Shown: positions 1 to 9,590 of the stretch, in pieces
Layout: the number at the start of each line of letters is the position of its first letter
Numbering within the stretch: the stretch's first letter is position 1
NCBI GenBank assembly: GCA_965221125.1
Contig: CBDCRW010000004.1
Location: 256,001-320,000 of the forward strand
DNA: 64,000 bases
DNA from: Alphaproteobacteria bacterium
GTDB taxonomy: Bacteria; Pseudomonadota; Alphaproteobacteria; UBA828
Reading direction: 5' to 3'
The notes under the pieces: model-generated
The model's input: only the letters and a program-made list of their open reading frames with translations
The model's database searches: none
What the model was told of the DNA's origin: nothing
Position numbers and translations under genes: made by a program

Positions 1-3
1 GCC

Positions 4-357
4 ATGATCACCTATCTCAAGATCATCGTCATCGTTCTCGGCGTGATGATTGCGGCGGGCCTCGTCGTGATCGGCCTCAAGCTGGTCGAGAAGGGCAACG
101 AGCTGGCCGAGCTCACCGGGGACGAGGACGCGGCGGCGACGGAGGAGGCGGACTGGAACGCCGTGCCCGAGGCGGCGGCGCTTCCCGCGCCTGGCGACCT
201 CGGGCTGCCGGCGGGCTCGCAGGTGCGCCGCATGACCGCGGCGGGCCACCGACTCATCCTCGTCGTCGCGGTGCCCGACGCCGGCGAGCGCATCGTGATC
301 GTCGATCTCCGCAGCGGCGGCACGGTCGCCAACATCGGCCTCGAGGGGACGCCGTGA
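4..357 (+). CDS. small membrane-anchored hypothetical protein (DUF6476-like)
   Basis: N-terminal hydrophobic helix LKIIVIVLGVMIAAGLVVIG; GTGA overlap with next gene. Confidence 0.65.
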   Translation: MITYLKIIVIVLGVMIAAGLVVIGLKLVEKGNELAELTGDEDAAATEEADWNAVPEAAALPAPGDLGLPAGSQVRRMTAAGHRLILVVAVPDAGERIVIVDLRSGGTVANIGLEGTP

Positions 358-812
358 GCGCCGCGGCGGTGCGCCTCACGCCCGAGCAGCTGCGGGTCAT
401 CGAGCGGGCGGCGGAAGAAGCCTACCCGGAGGAAGCCTGCGGCCTTCTCGTCGGCCGCTCTGCGCCGGGCGAGGCGTACCGCGTGAGCACGGTGGAAGCG
501 AGCGCCAACGTCGCCGAGCCGCCGCGCACCCGGCGCTTCGAGGTCGACCCCAAGCTCCGCCTGCGCCTGGAGCGCGCGTTGAGGGAAAGCCCGGATTCCG
601 TCATCGGCGTCTACCACTCCCACCCCGACGGCAGCGCCGCGCCCTCCGAGACGGATATTTCCATGATCTTCGAGCCCGACATGGTCTGGCTCATCACCGC
701 CGTCACGGACGGCAGGGCGGGCGCGACCACGGGCTGGCGGCCGGCGGAAGACCGCTCGGCTTTCCTGCCGCTCGAGCTCGATCTTGCTCGCGAAACGACC
801 GAACGCGGATAG
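354..812 (+). CDS. Mov34/MPN/JAB (M67) family metallopeptidase
   Basis: YPEEACGLL and JAMM motif YHSHPDGSAAPSETD. Confidence 0.9.
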   Translation: MSAAAVRLTPEQLRVIERAAEEAYPEEACGLLVGRSAPGEAYRVSTVEASANVAEPPRTRRFEVDPKLRLRLERALRESPDSVIGVYHSHPDGSAAPSETDISMIFEPDMVWLITAVTDGRAGATTGWRPAEDRSAFLPLELDLARETTERG

Positions 813-827
813 AGAGGACGGACAGGA

Positions 828-1877
828 ATGGATTTTCGCAGCGATAACGTCGCCTCCGCCGCGCCGGAGATCGTGGACGCCGTGGCGGAAGCGGCGCGCG
901 GCAGCGCCACGCCTTACGGCGGCGATCCCTGGACTCAAGGGCTGGATGCAGCGTTCTCGGCGCTCTTCGAGACCGAGGTGAGCGTCTTCCCGGTGCTGAC
1001 CGGGACCGCGGCGAACTCCGTGGCCGTCGCCACCTTCACACCGCCCTGGGGGGTGATCTACGCGGGCCGCGCCGCCCACGTGGAGAACGACGAGTGCGGC
1101 GCGCCGGAGTTCATGACCGGCGGCGCCAAGGTCGCGGGAATCGACGAGCGCTTCGGCAAGATCGTGCCCGACGCGCTGGAGGCGGCGCTCGCCGCCGCCG
1201 GCACGGGCGAGGTGCACTGGTCGCAGCCCGCCTGCCTCAGCGTCACGCAATCCACCGAGATGGGCCAGATCTACACGCCGGACGAGCTTGGCGTGCTCAC
1301 CGGGCTCGCGCGCGGCCACGGGCTCGCGGTCCACATGGACGGCGCGCGCTTCGCCAACGCCGTTGCAGGCAGCGGCCTGAGCCCGGCGGACCTCACCTGG
1401 CGGGCGGGAGTCGACGCGCTCTCCTTCGGCGCGACCAAGAACGGCGCGCTCGCGGCCGAGGCCATCGTCCTGTTCGCTCGCGAGCGCGCGGGCGACCTCG
1501 CCTTCCGCCACAAGCGGGCGGGGCAGCTTCTCTCCAAGATGCGCTTCGTCTCGGCCCAGCTCGCGGCCTACATCGCGGACGGCCTCTGGCTCCGGCTGGC
1601 CGCGCACGCCAACCGCCAGGCACAGCGTCTTGCCGCCGGGCTGGAAGCGGTGCCCGGCGCGTCGCTCGCGGCGCCGGCGGAGGCCAACGAGCTCTTCGTC
1701 ACCCTGCCGCGCCCGGTGATCGACGGGCTCGCCGAGGCCGGAGTCCTCTTCTACTCCTGGCCCGAGACCGATCCCGAAACCACCACGATCCGCCTCGTCA
1801 CCCGCCACGACACCGCGGATGACGACGTGGATGCGCTGATCGCGACCGCGCACCGGCTCGCCAGCGAGGCGGCGTAG
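828..1877 (+). CDS. ltaE: low-specificity L-threonine aldolase
   Basis: MDFRSDN start, TGTAAN, HMDGARFANA, SFGATKNG (PLP lysine). Confidence 0.9.
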   Translation: MDFRSDNVASAAPEIVDAVAEAARGSATPYGGDPWTQGLDAAFSALFETEVSVFPVLTGTAANSVAVATFTPPWGVIYAGRAAHVENDECGAPEFMTGGAKVAGIDERFGKIVPDALEAALAAAGTGEVHWSQPACLSVTQSTEMGQIYTPDELGVLTGLARGHGLAVHMDGARFANAVAGSGLSPADLTWRAGVDALSFGATKNGALAAEAIVLFARERAGDLAFRHKRAGQLLSKMRFVSAQLAAYIADGLWLRLAAHANRQAQRLAAGLEAVPGASLAAPAEANELFVTLPRPVIDGLAEAGVLFYSWPETDPETTTIRLVTRHDTADDDVDALIATAHRLASEAA

Positions 1878-1917
1878 CCCGCGCCGAGACCGTGACCGTG
1901 GCAAGAGATGCGGGCTA
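1875..1917. repeat. 43-bp internally deleted relative of the MITE at 10440-10704
   Basis: TAGCCCGC...GCGGGCTA ends; right part CCGTGACCGTGGCAAGAGATGCGGGCTAG resembles the MITE end CCGTGACCCTGGTGATAAATGCGGGCTAG. Confidence 0.65.
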
Positions 1918-1962
1918 GAGTGAGCGGACAACGCATCGCGGCCAGACAGAGGAGGAGGCACC

Positions 1963-2355
1963 ATGCTGAAGCGGCACAATCCGGCCACCGTCGTCGAGGC
2001 CTTCGGCGGCGGCTACAGCCAGGCGCTGGAGATTCAGCCGGGCGCCCGGCTGCTGTTCACCGCAGGCCAGGTGGGCGTGGCGCCCGACGGCACGACGGCA
2101 GACGGCTTCGCCGCCCAGGCCGATCAGACCTGGGCCAATATCCTGGCGCTGCTCGACGAGGGCGGCATGGGCGTGGACGACATCGTCAAGATCACCGGCT
2201 ACATCGTCGGCCACGAGAACTTCCCGGCCTACGCGGCGGCGCGGAAGAAGGCGCTCGGCGGCGTGCGCCCGGCATCGACCGCGATCATCGTGCCGGCGCT
2301 GGCGCTGCCCGAGTGGGTCGTCGAGATCGAGGCGGTGGCCGCGAAGGTCGACTGA
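1963..2355 (+). CDS. RidA/YjgF family protein
   Basis: YSQA, AGQVG, RPAST, VEIEAVA motifs; GGAGGAGG RBS. Confidence 0.9.
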   Translation: MLKRHNPATVVEAFGGGYSQALEIQPGARLLFTAGQVGVAPDGTTADGFAAQADQTWANILALLDEGGMGVDDIVKITGYIVGHENFPAYAAARKKALGGVRPASTAIIVPALALPEWVVEIEAVAAKVD

Positions 2356-2401
2356 GCGGGCCTATCGCCCGCGCGGCGGAGGCTGCCGGAGGAGAGGGAT
2401 C

Positions 2402-2776
2402 ATGGTAACGCCATCCATGCAACTGATCGGCGAGGCGCTGGCGGAGGTCGCCAGCGTCTCGGTGGACGACGCGCTGGCCCTTGCGGGCGGCGAGGACGCG
2501 CTCTTCGTCGACGTGCGCGAGCGGGCCGAGCAGAGCGCCGGCGCGATTACGGGCGCCGTCGCCGCGCCGCGCGGCTTCCTGGAGTTCGTCGCCGACCCCG
2601 CCTCGCCGATGCACAACCCGGCGCTCTCGTCCGGCAAGCGGCTGATCGTCTACTGCGCCTCGGGCGGGCGCTCCGCGCTCGCCGCCAAGACCCTGCAGGA
2701 CATGGGATACGCCGAGGTTGCCAACCTGACCGGCGGCTTCCAGGCCTGGAGCGAGGCCGGCGGCCCGACCGAATAA
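2402..2776 (+). CDS. single-domain rhodanese
   Basis: VDVRE, active-site loop YCASGGRS, LTGGFQAW. Confidence 0.9.
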   Translation: MVTPSMQLIGEALAEVASVSVDDALALAGGEDALFVDVRERAEQSAGAITGAVAAPRGFLEFVADPASPMHNPALSSGKRLIVYCASGGRSALAAKTLQDMGYAEVANLTGGFQAWSEAGGPTE

Positions 2777-2791
2777 CGGCGGCACGACCGC

Positions 2792-4036
2792 ATGACCGAA
2801 GGCGCGGCGGCGGCGCCCATCGATACCGCCTTCGCCCGCGCGCACTTCCCTGCGCTTTCCGGCCCCTGGGCGCTGTTCGAGAACGCGGGCGGCACCCTGG
2901 TCGCCGCGCATGCGTTGGACCGCATCCGCACCTACATGAGCGAGTGTCAGGTGCAGCCGGGCGCGGCGTATCCCGCCTCCGCCCGCGCCGCCGCGATGAT
3001 CGCGGAAAGCCACCAGGCGATGGCGGCGATGATGAACGCCAAGCCCGAGGAGGTGATGATCGGGCCGTCCACGTCCATGAACGTGTTCCTGCTCGCCCAG
3101 GCGCTCCGGCCCGGCCTGGCCGAGGGGGACGAGGTCGTCGTCACCAACCTCGACCACGAGGCGAACGTCGGCGCCTGGCGCAAGCTCGCGGCGGCAGGGG
3201 TCACGGTGCGCGAGTGGCGCTTCGATCCGGGCAGCGTGGCGCTGGAGCCAGAGGGGCTCGCCACGCTGCTGAACGAGCGCACACGCCTCGTCTGCTTCGG
3301 CCATTGCTCCAACATTACCGGCGGCTTCACCGACGTGGCGGCGCTGGTGCGCATGATCCATGACGCGGGCGCGCTCGCCTGCGTGGACGGCGTTGCCTAC
3401 GGCGCCCACCGCGCCATCGACGTGAAGGCATGGGACGTCGATTACTATCTCTGCTCCACCTACAAGCTCTACGGGCCGCATCTCGCGCTCCTCTACGGCA
3501 AGCGCGCGCACTTCGAGCAGGCGGCGCCGCTCAACCACTTCTTCCTCGACGACGCGCTGCCGCTGAAGCTCAACCCCGGCGGCCCCAACCACGAGCTGAG
3601 CGCCGGCCTCGCCGGGATCACCGCCTATCTCGACGCGCTCCACGCCCACCACGAGGGGGAGACCAACCTGCCGCTGCACGGCCGGCTGGCGGCGATCTTC
3701 GAGCGCATCGCGGCGCACGAGGAGGCGCTGGGCGCGCCGCTGCTGGAGTTCCTCACGGCGAAGCCCGGCGTCCGCCTCATCGGCAACCCGAGCGCCGACC
3801 GGAGCGTGCGGGCGCCCACGTTCTCCTTCGCGGTGGACGGCCGCGATGCCGGCGAGATCGCCCGCGCCGCGAGTGCCCACGAGATCGCCATCGGCGCCGG
3901 AGACTTTTATGCCGCGCGCTGCATCGAGGCCCTGGGCCTCGCGGAGAGGGGCGGCGTCGTTCGCGCGAGCATGGTCCACTACAACACGGCAGACGAGGTC
4001 GAACGCCTGATCCGCGCTCTCGACGAGGCGATTTAG
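2792..4036 (+). CDS. class V PLP aminotransferase, cysteine desulfurase-like (lacks the SufS catalytic Cys motif)
   Basis: ENAGG, DHEAN, STYKLYGPH, RASMVHYN; GDFYA where SufS has GHHCA. Confidence 0.85.
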   Translation: MTEGAAAAPIDTAFARAHFPALSGPWALFENAGGTLVAAHALDRIRTYMSECQVQPGAAYPASARAAAMIAESHQAMAAMMNAKPEEVMIGPSTSMNVFLLAQALRPGLAEGDEVVVTNLDHEANVGAWRKLAAAGVTVREWRFDPGSVALEPEGLATLLNERTRLVCFGHCSNITGGFTDVAALVRMIHDAGALACVDGVAYGAHRAIDVKAWDVDYYLCSTYKLYGPHLALLYGKRAHFEQAAPLNHFFLDDALPLKLNPGGPNHELSAGLAGITAYLDALHAHHEGETNLPLHGRLAAIFERIAAHEEALGAPLLEFLTAKPGVRLIGNPSADRSVRAPTFSFAVDGRDAGEIARAASAHEIAIGAGDFYAARCIEALGLAERGGVVRASMVHYNTADEVERLIRALDEAI

Positions 4037-4151
4037 GGCGTCTCCGTTGTCAGCGGCGGCCGCGGTGCTCCTTGTGCGCCGCGCCGCAATGCCGCACCCT
4101 GTGGACCATCGAATACTCCTGTTCAGTTCCGACAGCGAGGGGGACGCGGAC

Positions 4152-5006
4152 ATGGGGATCGTGACGGACGTCGTGCTGCCGATTGCGCTGGCGTTCATCA
4201 TGCTGTCGCTGGGGCTCGGCCTCACCGTCGGCGATTTCGTGCGGGTCGCGAAACAGCCCCGCGACTTTCTCGTGGGCGCCGTCTCGCAAGTGGTGCTACT
4301 GCCGGCGGTGGCTCTCGGCCTCGTCAGCATCTGGCCGCTCGCGCCGGAACTCGCGCTCGGCGTCATGATCATCGCCGCAGCGCCCGGCGGGGTGACCTCC
4401 AACCTGCTCACCGCCTTCGGGCGCGGCGACGTGGCGCTCTCCATCTCGCTCACCGCCGTCATGAGCCTGCTGAGCGTCGTCACGGTCCCGTTCATCGTCA
4501 TCTTCGCGTACGCGCACCTCGTGGGTGGCGATCTGGGCGATGTCTCCGTCGTCGAGACCGCGCTCGGCATCTTCCTGATCGTCACCCTGCCGGTGCTGAT
4601 CGGCATGGCGGTCCGGCGCTGGGCCGCGGGCTTCGCCACCAGGGTCCACGCCAACGCGCATCGGATCTCCGCGCTGCTCTTCGTGCTGGTGCTGGCCGCC
4701 GCGATCTACCAGGAGCACGAGAACGCGCTTGAGTACATGGGCCAGGCGGGGCCCGTGACGGCGGTGCTCAACGTCCTGATGATGGCGCTCGCGTACGTTC
4801 TCGCGCGCTTCCTCGCGAGCGGCCCGCGCCAGCGCATCGCCATCTCCCTCGAATGCGGGGTGCAGAACGGCACGCTCGCCATCGCCGTCGCGACGCTGCT
4901 GTTCGGCGGCGGCCTCGCCGTCGTGCCTGCGGCCACCTACAGCCTGATCATGTTCGGCTCGGCGCTCATCTTCATCGCCCTCTTGAGGCGACAGGCTATC
5001 GACTAG
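4152..5006 (+). CDS. bile acid:sodium symporter (SBF) family transporter
   Basis: multi-TM; PGGVTSN, GDVALS, ECGVQNG motifs; start moved to ATG 4152. Confidence 0.9.
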   Translation: MGIVTDVVLPIALAFIMLSLGLGLTVGDFVRVAKQPRDFLVGAVSQVVLLPAVALGLVSIWPLAPELALGVMIIAAAPGGVTSNLLTAFGRGDVALSISLTAVMSLLSVVTVPFIVIFAYAHLVGGDLGDVSVVETALGIFLIVTLPVLIGMAVRRWAAGFATRVHANAHRISALLFVLVLAAAIYQEHENALEYMGQAGPVTAVLNVLMMALAYVLARFLASGPRQRIAISLECGVQNGTLAIAVATLLFGGGLAVVPAATYSLIMFGSALIFIALLRRQAID

Positions 5007-5635
5007 AGCCTGCGCGCCTGGGCGATGGGGAGGTCGGAGATGCGGGCGTACTCGCCGGTGCTGAGGAGCGCCGGGTCGTTCAGATAGTCCAGCACCAGAT
5101 CGGTCGAATCGAGACCCCAGAAGAGCTCGTCGCCGATGGCGAAGGTGGGCACGCCGAAGACGCCGCGCTCCGCCGCTTCCTCCGTGCTCTTCCTCAGCCT
5201 GTCCTTGACCTCGGGCCGGGCGATGGCCGCGTCGGCGCCGGCGATGCCGAGGCGCTCCGTCAGCGCCTGCCACGCATCGTCGCGGGAGGGGTCGCGCCCC
5301 TCGGCCCATATGGCGTCGAAGACCGCGCGGACGAGCGCGGGGTCGCCATCGTGCGCGACGGCGAGGCGCAGCGGGCGCAGCGGGTTGAACGGATGCGCCG
5401 GCGGCATGCGGAAGGGGATGCCGTGGCGTGCCGCGTACCAGTGGCACCAGCGGTAGGTATGCACGCGCTTGGCCGGAATTTCTGCGGGCCCCTTGTGCCC
5501 CCAGTGACCGAGCAGGCCGGCGAAGAGGACCGGGCGGCAGGCGACGTCTACGTCCTGCGGCAGCCGGTCGAACTGGGTCAGTTGCAGATAGGAGAAGGGA
5601 GAGAGAAAATCGAAGTACCAGTCGGCGGCCCGCAT
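5003..5635 (-). CDS. 2-hydroxychromene-2-carboxylate isomerase / GST-kappa (DsbA-like) protein
   Basis: YFDFLSPFSY, GVFGVPTF, LFWG motifs. Confidence 0.88.
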   Translation of the reverse strand: MRAADWYFDFLSPFSYLQLTQFDRLPQDVDVACRPVLFAGLLGHWGHKGPAEIPAKRVHTYRWCHWYAARHGIPFRMPPAHPFNPLRPLRLAVAHDGDPALVRAVFDAIWAEGRDPSRDDAWQALTERLGIAGADAAIARPEVKDRLRKSTEEAAERGVFGVPTFAIGDELFWGLDSTDLVLDYLNDPALLSTGEYARISDLPIAQARRL

Positions 5636-5741
5636 CGGCCCGTCCTCCACGTTCCAGCATCCGGGTCGCCGGCCGATTGTGCCCGGTTCGGCCCGGCCGC
5701 GCGAGGGCAGGCGATGAGCGGGGCCAAGCAGCGGAGGGACG

Positions 5742-6476
5742 ATGAGCGAGACGGAGCGCGAGGCGCGGATCGATCTGGCGGCGGCCTACCGGATGGCCTG
5801 CCATCACGGGCTCAACGAGGGCGTCTGCAACCACTTCTCCCTCATGCTGCCGGGGAGCAGCGACCGCTTCCTGTTGATCGCTTACGGCACCCACTGGAGC
5901 GAGGTGCGCGCGAGCAGCCTCGTCGTCGTGGACTTCGACGGCCGCCTGATCGAGGGCGAGGGGGAGGTGGAGGAGACCGCGATCTGCCTTCACGCGCCCC
6001 TGCACAAGGCGCGGCCCGATCTCCGCTGCCTGATGCACACCCATCAGCCCAACGTGCTGGCGCTCGCCATGGTCGAGGACGGCCGCCTGGAGCCCGCGAG
6101 CCAGAACGCGCTTCGCTTCACCCATCGCATCGCCTACGACCGGGCGTATGGGGGCGTCGCCCTTGCCGAGCAGGAGGGCGACCGCGTGGCCCGCGCGATG
6201 GACGGCCACGACATCCTCTTCATGGGCAATCACGGCGTGATGGTGGGCGGCGGCGACGTCGCCAAGACCTACGACGATCTCTACTACCTGGAGCGCGCGG
6301 CGATGGTTCAGATCCTCGCCATGAGCACGGGCCGTCCGCTGCAGCCGATCCCGCCCGAGATGGTGGCGGAAACCGTGGGCCAGTTGACGCGGGACAACAG
6401 GCACCGCTACGCGCTCGAGCATTTTGCCGCGATCAAGCGGATCCTCGACCGCACCGAGCCCGATTACCGGGAGTGA
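5742..6476 (+). CDS. class II aldolase/adducin family protein
   Basis: RIDLAAAYR, NHFS, MHTH, NHGV metal-binding motifs. Confidence 0.9.
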   Translation: MSETEREARIDLAAAYRMACHHGLNEGVCNHFSLMLPGSSDRFLLIAYGTHWSEVRASSLVVVDFDGRLIEGEGEVEETAICLHAPLHKARPDLRCLMHTHQPNVLALAMVEDGRLEPASQNALRFTHRIAYDRAYGGVALAEQEGDRVARAMDGHDILFMGNHGVMVGGGDVAKTYDDLYYLERAAMVQILAMSTGRPLQPIPPEMVAETVGQLTRDNRHRYALEHFAAIKRILDRTEPDYRE

Positions 6477-6483
6477 GTTTTTC

Positions 6484-6513
6484 GGGCGCCCCCTCGTCAT
6501 CGAGGCGGCGCCC
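6484..6513. repeat. GC-rich intergenic hairpin between convergent genes
   Basis: GGGCGCC-C-CCTCG-TCAT-CGAGG-C-GGCGCCC; no U-tract after it on either strand. Confidence 0.55.
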
Positions 6514-6518
6514 AGGGA

Positions 6519-7211
6519 TTACCGATCCGGCGGCGTGCCGCGGTAGCCCGCGGCGAGCACGTAGGTCTCCGCCGAATCGCTGCGGCTCGCGGGCGGCTTG
6601 ACGTTCCGCACCCGCGCGAAGGCCTGGCGGAGGCGCACCTGAAGGTCGCTGTCGCCGCCCTGGCGCAGCTTGGCGAGGAAGCACCCGCCGGGGGCGAGCA
6701 GCGGCTCCGCGAGATCGAGCGCGGTCTCGCAGAGCGCCGAGACCCGCAGCCGGTCGGTCGGCGCGTGTCCCGTGGTCGGTGCCGCCATGTCGCTCATCAC
6801 AAGGTCCGCAGGCCCGCCCAGCGCGGCGCGAATCTCGTCGAGCGCGCCCGTGCCGCAGGCGTCGATGGTGAGCACGACCACGCCCTCGATGGGCTCGATC
6901 TCCGTGGTGTCGACCGCGACCACGCGGCCGCGTCTGCCCACCTGCGCCGCCGCCACCTGGCTCCAGCCGCCTGGCGCCGCGCCAAGGTCGACCACCCGGT
7001 GTCCGGGGCGCAGGATGTCTGCCGTCTCGGCGAGGCCGATCAGCTTGTAGGCGGCGCGGGAGCGGTAGCCGGCCTCGCGCGCCGCGCGGACGTAGGGGTC
7101 GTTGAGCTGGCGCTCCAGCCAGCGGGTGGACGACGGCTTGCGGCGGCGGGCGCGCTTGAGCTTGACCGGCGCCCGTCGCTTGCCTGGGCCACCGTCGCCC
7201 CTAGCGCTCAC
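6519..7211 (-). CDS. rlmE: 23S rRNA 2'-O-methyltransferase RlmE
   Basis: WLERQLNDPY, YRSRAAYKL, DLGAAPGGW, SDMA, KPPASR. Confidence 0.95.
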   Translation of the reverse strand: MSARGDGGPGKRRAPVKLKRARRRKPSSTRWLERQLNDPYVRAAREAGYRSRAAYKLIGLAETADILRPGHRVVDLGAAPGGWSQVAAAQVGRRGRVVAVDTTEIEPIEGVVVLTIDACGTGALDEIRAALGGPADLVMSDMAAPTTGHAPTDRLRVSALCETALDLAEPLLAPGGCFLAKLRQGGDSDLQVRLRQAFARVRNVKPPASRSDSAETYVLAAGYRGTPPDR

Positions 7212-8206
7212 CGGGCCGCGCTCTCCCGCCGCTCGGCGCGTGCCGCCCGCATCATCCTGAGCAGCATCCCCTCGCGGAGCCCCCGGTCGGCGACGTCGAG
7301 CTGTCCGGCCGGGCAGATGGCCATGACCGCATCGAGGATGGCGCAGCCGGCGATCATCACGTCGCCCCGCCCCGGCCCGATGCAGGGCTGGGCCGCGCGG
7401 GCGGCAAAGTCCTGATCGATGACCGTGTCGATCACGGCGCGCACGTCGTCGAACCGCAGCCGGAGGCCATCCACCCGCTGCCGGTCGTAGCGCGGGAGCC
7501 CGAGATGGATGCCCGCGATGGTGGTGACGGTGCCGGACGTGCCGAGGAGCTGAACCCTGTCGTTGCCGGCGCCCGCCGTGATGCCGTGCGCCGCGGCGAA
7601 GGGACCGATCTCGCCTTCGATCTCGGCGACCATGGCGTCATAGACCGCGCGCCCCACCCGGTCGCCGCCGTAGCGCTCGGCAAGCGAGACGACCCCGTGG
7701 GCGATCGAGGTCCACGCCGCGAGCTCGGGCCGCCGGCCGTCGTCGAGGCGCACCCATATGAGCTCGGTGCTGCCGCCCCCGATGTCGAGCACCAGCACGT
7801 GCCGCCGCGTCCCGTCGAAGAGCGGCGTGCAGCCCTCCAGGGCAAGTTGCACCTCCTCGGCTGGCGAAATGATCTCGATCGAGAGCCCGGTCTCGTCGTC
7901 GGCACGGTCGATGAACGCTTGCCGGTTCTCCGCCCGCCGGCAGGCCTCGGTGGCCACCGCGCGATAGTGGCTGACGCCGCCCCGCCGGAGCTTGCCGGCG
8001 CAGACCCGGAGCGCCCCGATGGTCCGCTCCATCGCCTGCTCGGAAAGCCGCCCCGATTGCGCCACGCCCTCGCCGAGCCGCACGATCCGCGAGAAGGCGT
8101 CGACGACGCGAAAACCCTTTCCCTTGGGCCGCGCGACGAGGAGCCGGCAGTTGTTCGTGCCGAGGTCGAGCGCGCCGAATGAAGGGCCGGGCCTTCCGTC
8201 CACCAT
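7208..8206 (-). CDS. ppx: Ppx/GppA exopolyphosphatase family
   Basis: DLGTNNCRLL, ATEACR, DIGGGSTE, DRGLREG. Confidence 0.93.
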   Translation of the reverse strand: MVDGRPGPSFGALDLGTNNCRLLVARPKGKGFRVVDAFSRIVRLGEGVAQSGRLSEQAMERTIGALRVCAGKLRRGGVSHYRAVATEACRRAENRQAFIDRADDETGLSIEIISPAEEVQLALEGCTPLFDGTRRHVLVLDIGGGSTELIWVRLDDGRRPELAAWTSIAHGVVSLAERYGGDRVGRAVYDAMVAEIEGEIGPFAAAHGITAGAGNDRVQLLGTSGTVTTIAGIHLGLPRYDRQRVDGLRLRFDDVRAVIDTVIDQDFAARAAQPCIGPGRGDVMIAGCAILDAVMAICPAGQLDVADRGLREGMLLRMMRAARAERRESAAR

Positions 8207-8378
8207 GCCTGCTCCGATTGCCGGGGCGCCCGCTCCCCGGCGCCGGCTCGGGCGCCATTACAACGCGTGCGCACGCGGCTGGCAACGCATCGGAGCACGC
8301 GGGTGCGACGCAGGCCGTGACCGGGGCGAGAGGCGCACGCTAGTCTGGCCGCATGATGACCCACGCAAGGGCCTGACC

Positions 8379-9476
8379 GTGCGGGACGCAGCTGCGCCAG
8401 TCCGTTCGCTGGACGCGCGCTACTACACCGATCCGGCCGTCTTCGAGAGAGAGCGCACGGGCCTCTTCTCCCGCACCTGGCAGTTTGCCGGGCACGAGAG
8501 CCTGCTCCGCAACGAGGGCGACTACTTTACCGTCGAGATCGCGGGCGAAAGCCTGTTCTGCGTTCGCGGTCGCGACGGGGTCCTGCGCAGCTTCTACAAC
8601 GTCTGCCAGCACCGCGCCCATCCGCTGCTGCAGGGCCGGGGCAGGGCGCGCGCCGTCGTCTGCCCCTATCACGCCTGGTCCTACGAGCTCGATGGCGCAT
8701 TCCGCAGCGGGCCGAACGTCGCGGCCGTTCCGGGCTTCGATGCGTCGGCCATCCGTCTCACGCCGGTGCGCACCGAGATTTTTCGCGGCTTCGTCTTCGT
8801 CAACCTGGACGATGACGCCCTGCCGATGGACGCGTGGTATCCCGGCGTCCGCGAGGAGCTGGCGGCCTACGTCCCCGACATCGGCGCGCTCGAGCCGCTC
8901 GAATGGCTCGAGGTGCCGGAGCGGTGCAACTGGAAGGTCTCGGTCGAGAACTATTCAGAGTGCTACCACTGCACGCTGAACCACCCGACGTTCGCGACCG
9001 GCGTCGTCCGGCCCGAGAGCTACGACATCCGGGCTTCGGAGCGGGGATACGTCCTGCGCCATGTCTCGGAGTGCCAGGACCTCGAACGGATGAGCTATCC
9101 GATCGACCCTTCGGTCCCCCACGCCGGCGCGTACCGCTCCTTCTTCCTCTGGCCCACGTTCTCGTTCCAGGTCTATCCGGGCAACCTGCTGAACACCTAC
9201 CACTGGCGAGCCGACGACGTGGACACCTGCACCGTCTGGCGCGGCTGGTACACGCCCGGCGGGGCCGAGAGCGAGACGGTCCGCCGGCTCGCCCGCCAGG
9301 ACCGCGAGACCACCGTGGCCGAGGACCTCCGCCTGGTCGAGAGCGTGGCGCAGGGCCTGAAGAGCCGCGGCTACCGTCCGGGGCCGCTCGTGCTCGACCC
9401 GAACGGCGGGCTCAACGCCGAGAACGCGATCCGGACGCTCCAGCAATGGATGCGCGAGGCGGCGGAGGAAGCGTGA
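8379..9476 (+). CDS. Rieske non-heme iron oxygenase alpha subunit, CntA/choline-monooxygenase-like
   Basis: Rieske motif CQHRAH...CPYHAW; NWK...ENYSECYHC..NH iron site; GTG start inferred. Confidence 0.88.
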   Translation: MRDAAAPVRSLDARYYTDPAVFERERTGLFSRTWQFAGHESLLRNEGDYFTVEIAGESLFCVRGRDGVLRSFYNVCQHRAHPLLQGRGRARAVVCPYHAWSYELDGAFRSGPNVAAVPGFDASAIRLTPVRTEIFRGFVFVNLDDDALPMDAWYPGVREELAAYVPDIGALEPLEWLEVPERCNWKVSVENYSECYHCTLNHPTFATGVVRPESYDIRASERGYVLRHVSECQDLERMSYPIDPSVPHAGAYRSFFLWPTFSFQVYPGNLLNTYHWRADDVDTCTVWRGWYTPGGAESETVRRLARQDRETTVAEDLRLVESVAQGLKSRGYRPGPLVLDPNGGLNAENAIRTLQQWMREAAEEA

Positions 9477-9490
9477 CGGCAGGCCAAGAT

Positions 9491-9515
9491 CGGTTGACAC
9501 GGCCGCCCCTTGCCA
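9491..9515 (+). repeat. direct repeat copy 1 (duplicated tRNA-Gln -35 region)
   Basis: CGGTTGACACGGCCGCCCCTTGCCA, 24/25 identical to 10792-10816. Confidence 0.85.
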
Positions 9516-9590
9516 CCCGCCGTACTCTCCGATTTGGATTCCGCTCCGTCCCGCTTGACGAACCGCGCCAACCCATCATATTGGTAAGTT

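Noticed and set aside
354-812. JAB gene as part of CBASS/Bil or other ubiquitin-like defence system
   Set aside because: No E1/E2, Ubl or cyclase nearby; housekeeping context and host-like composition.
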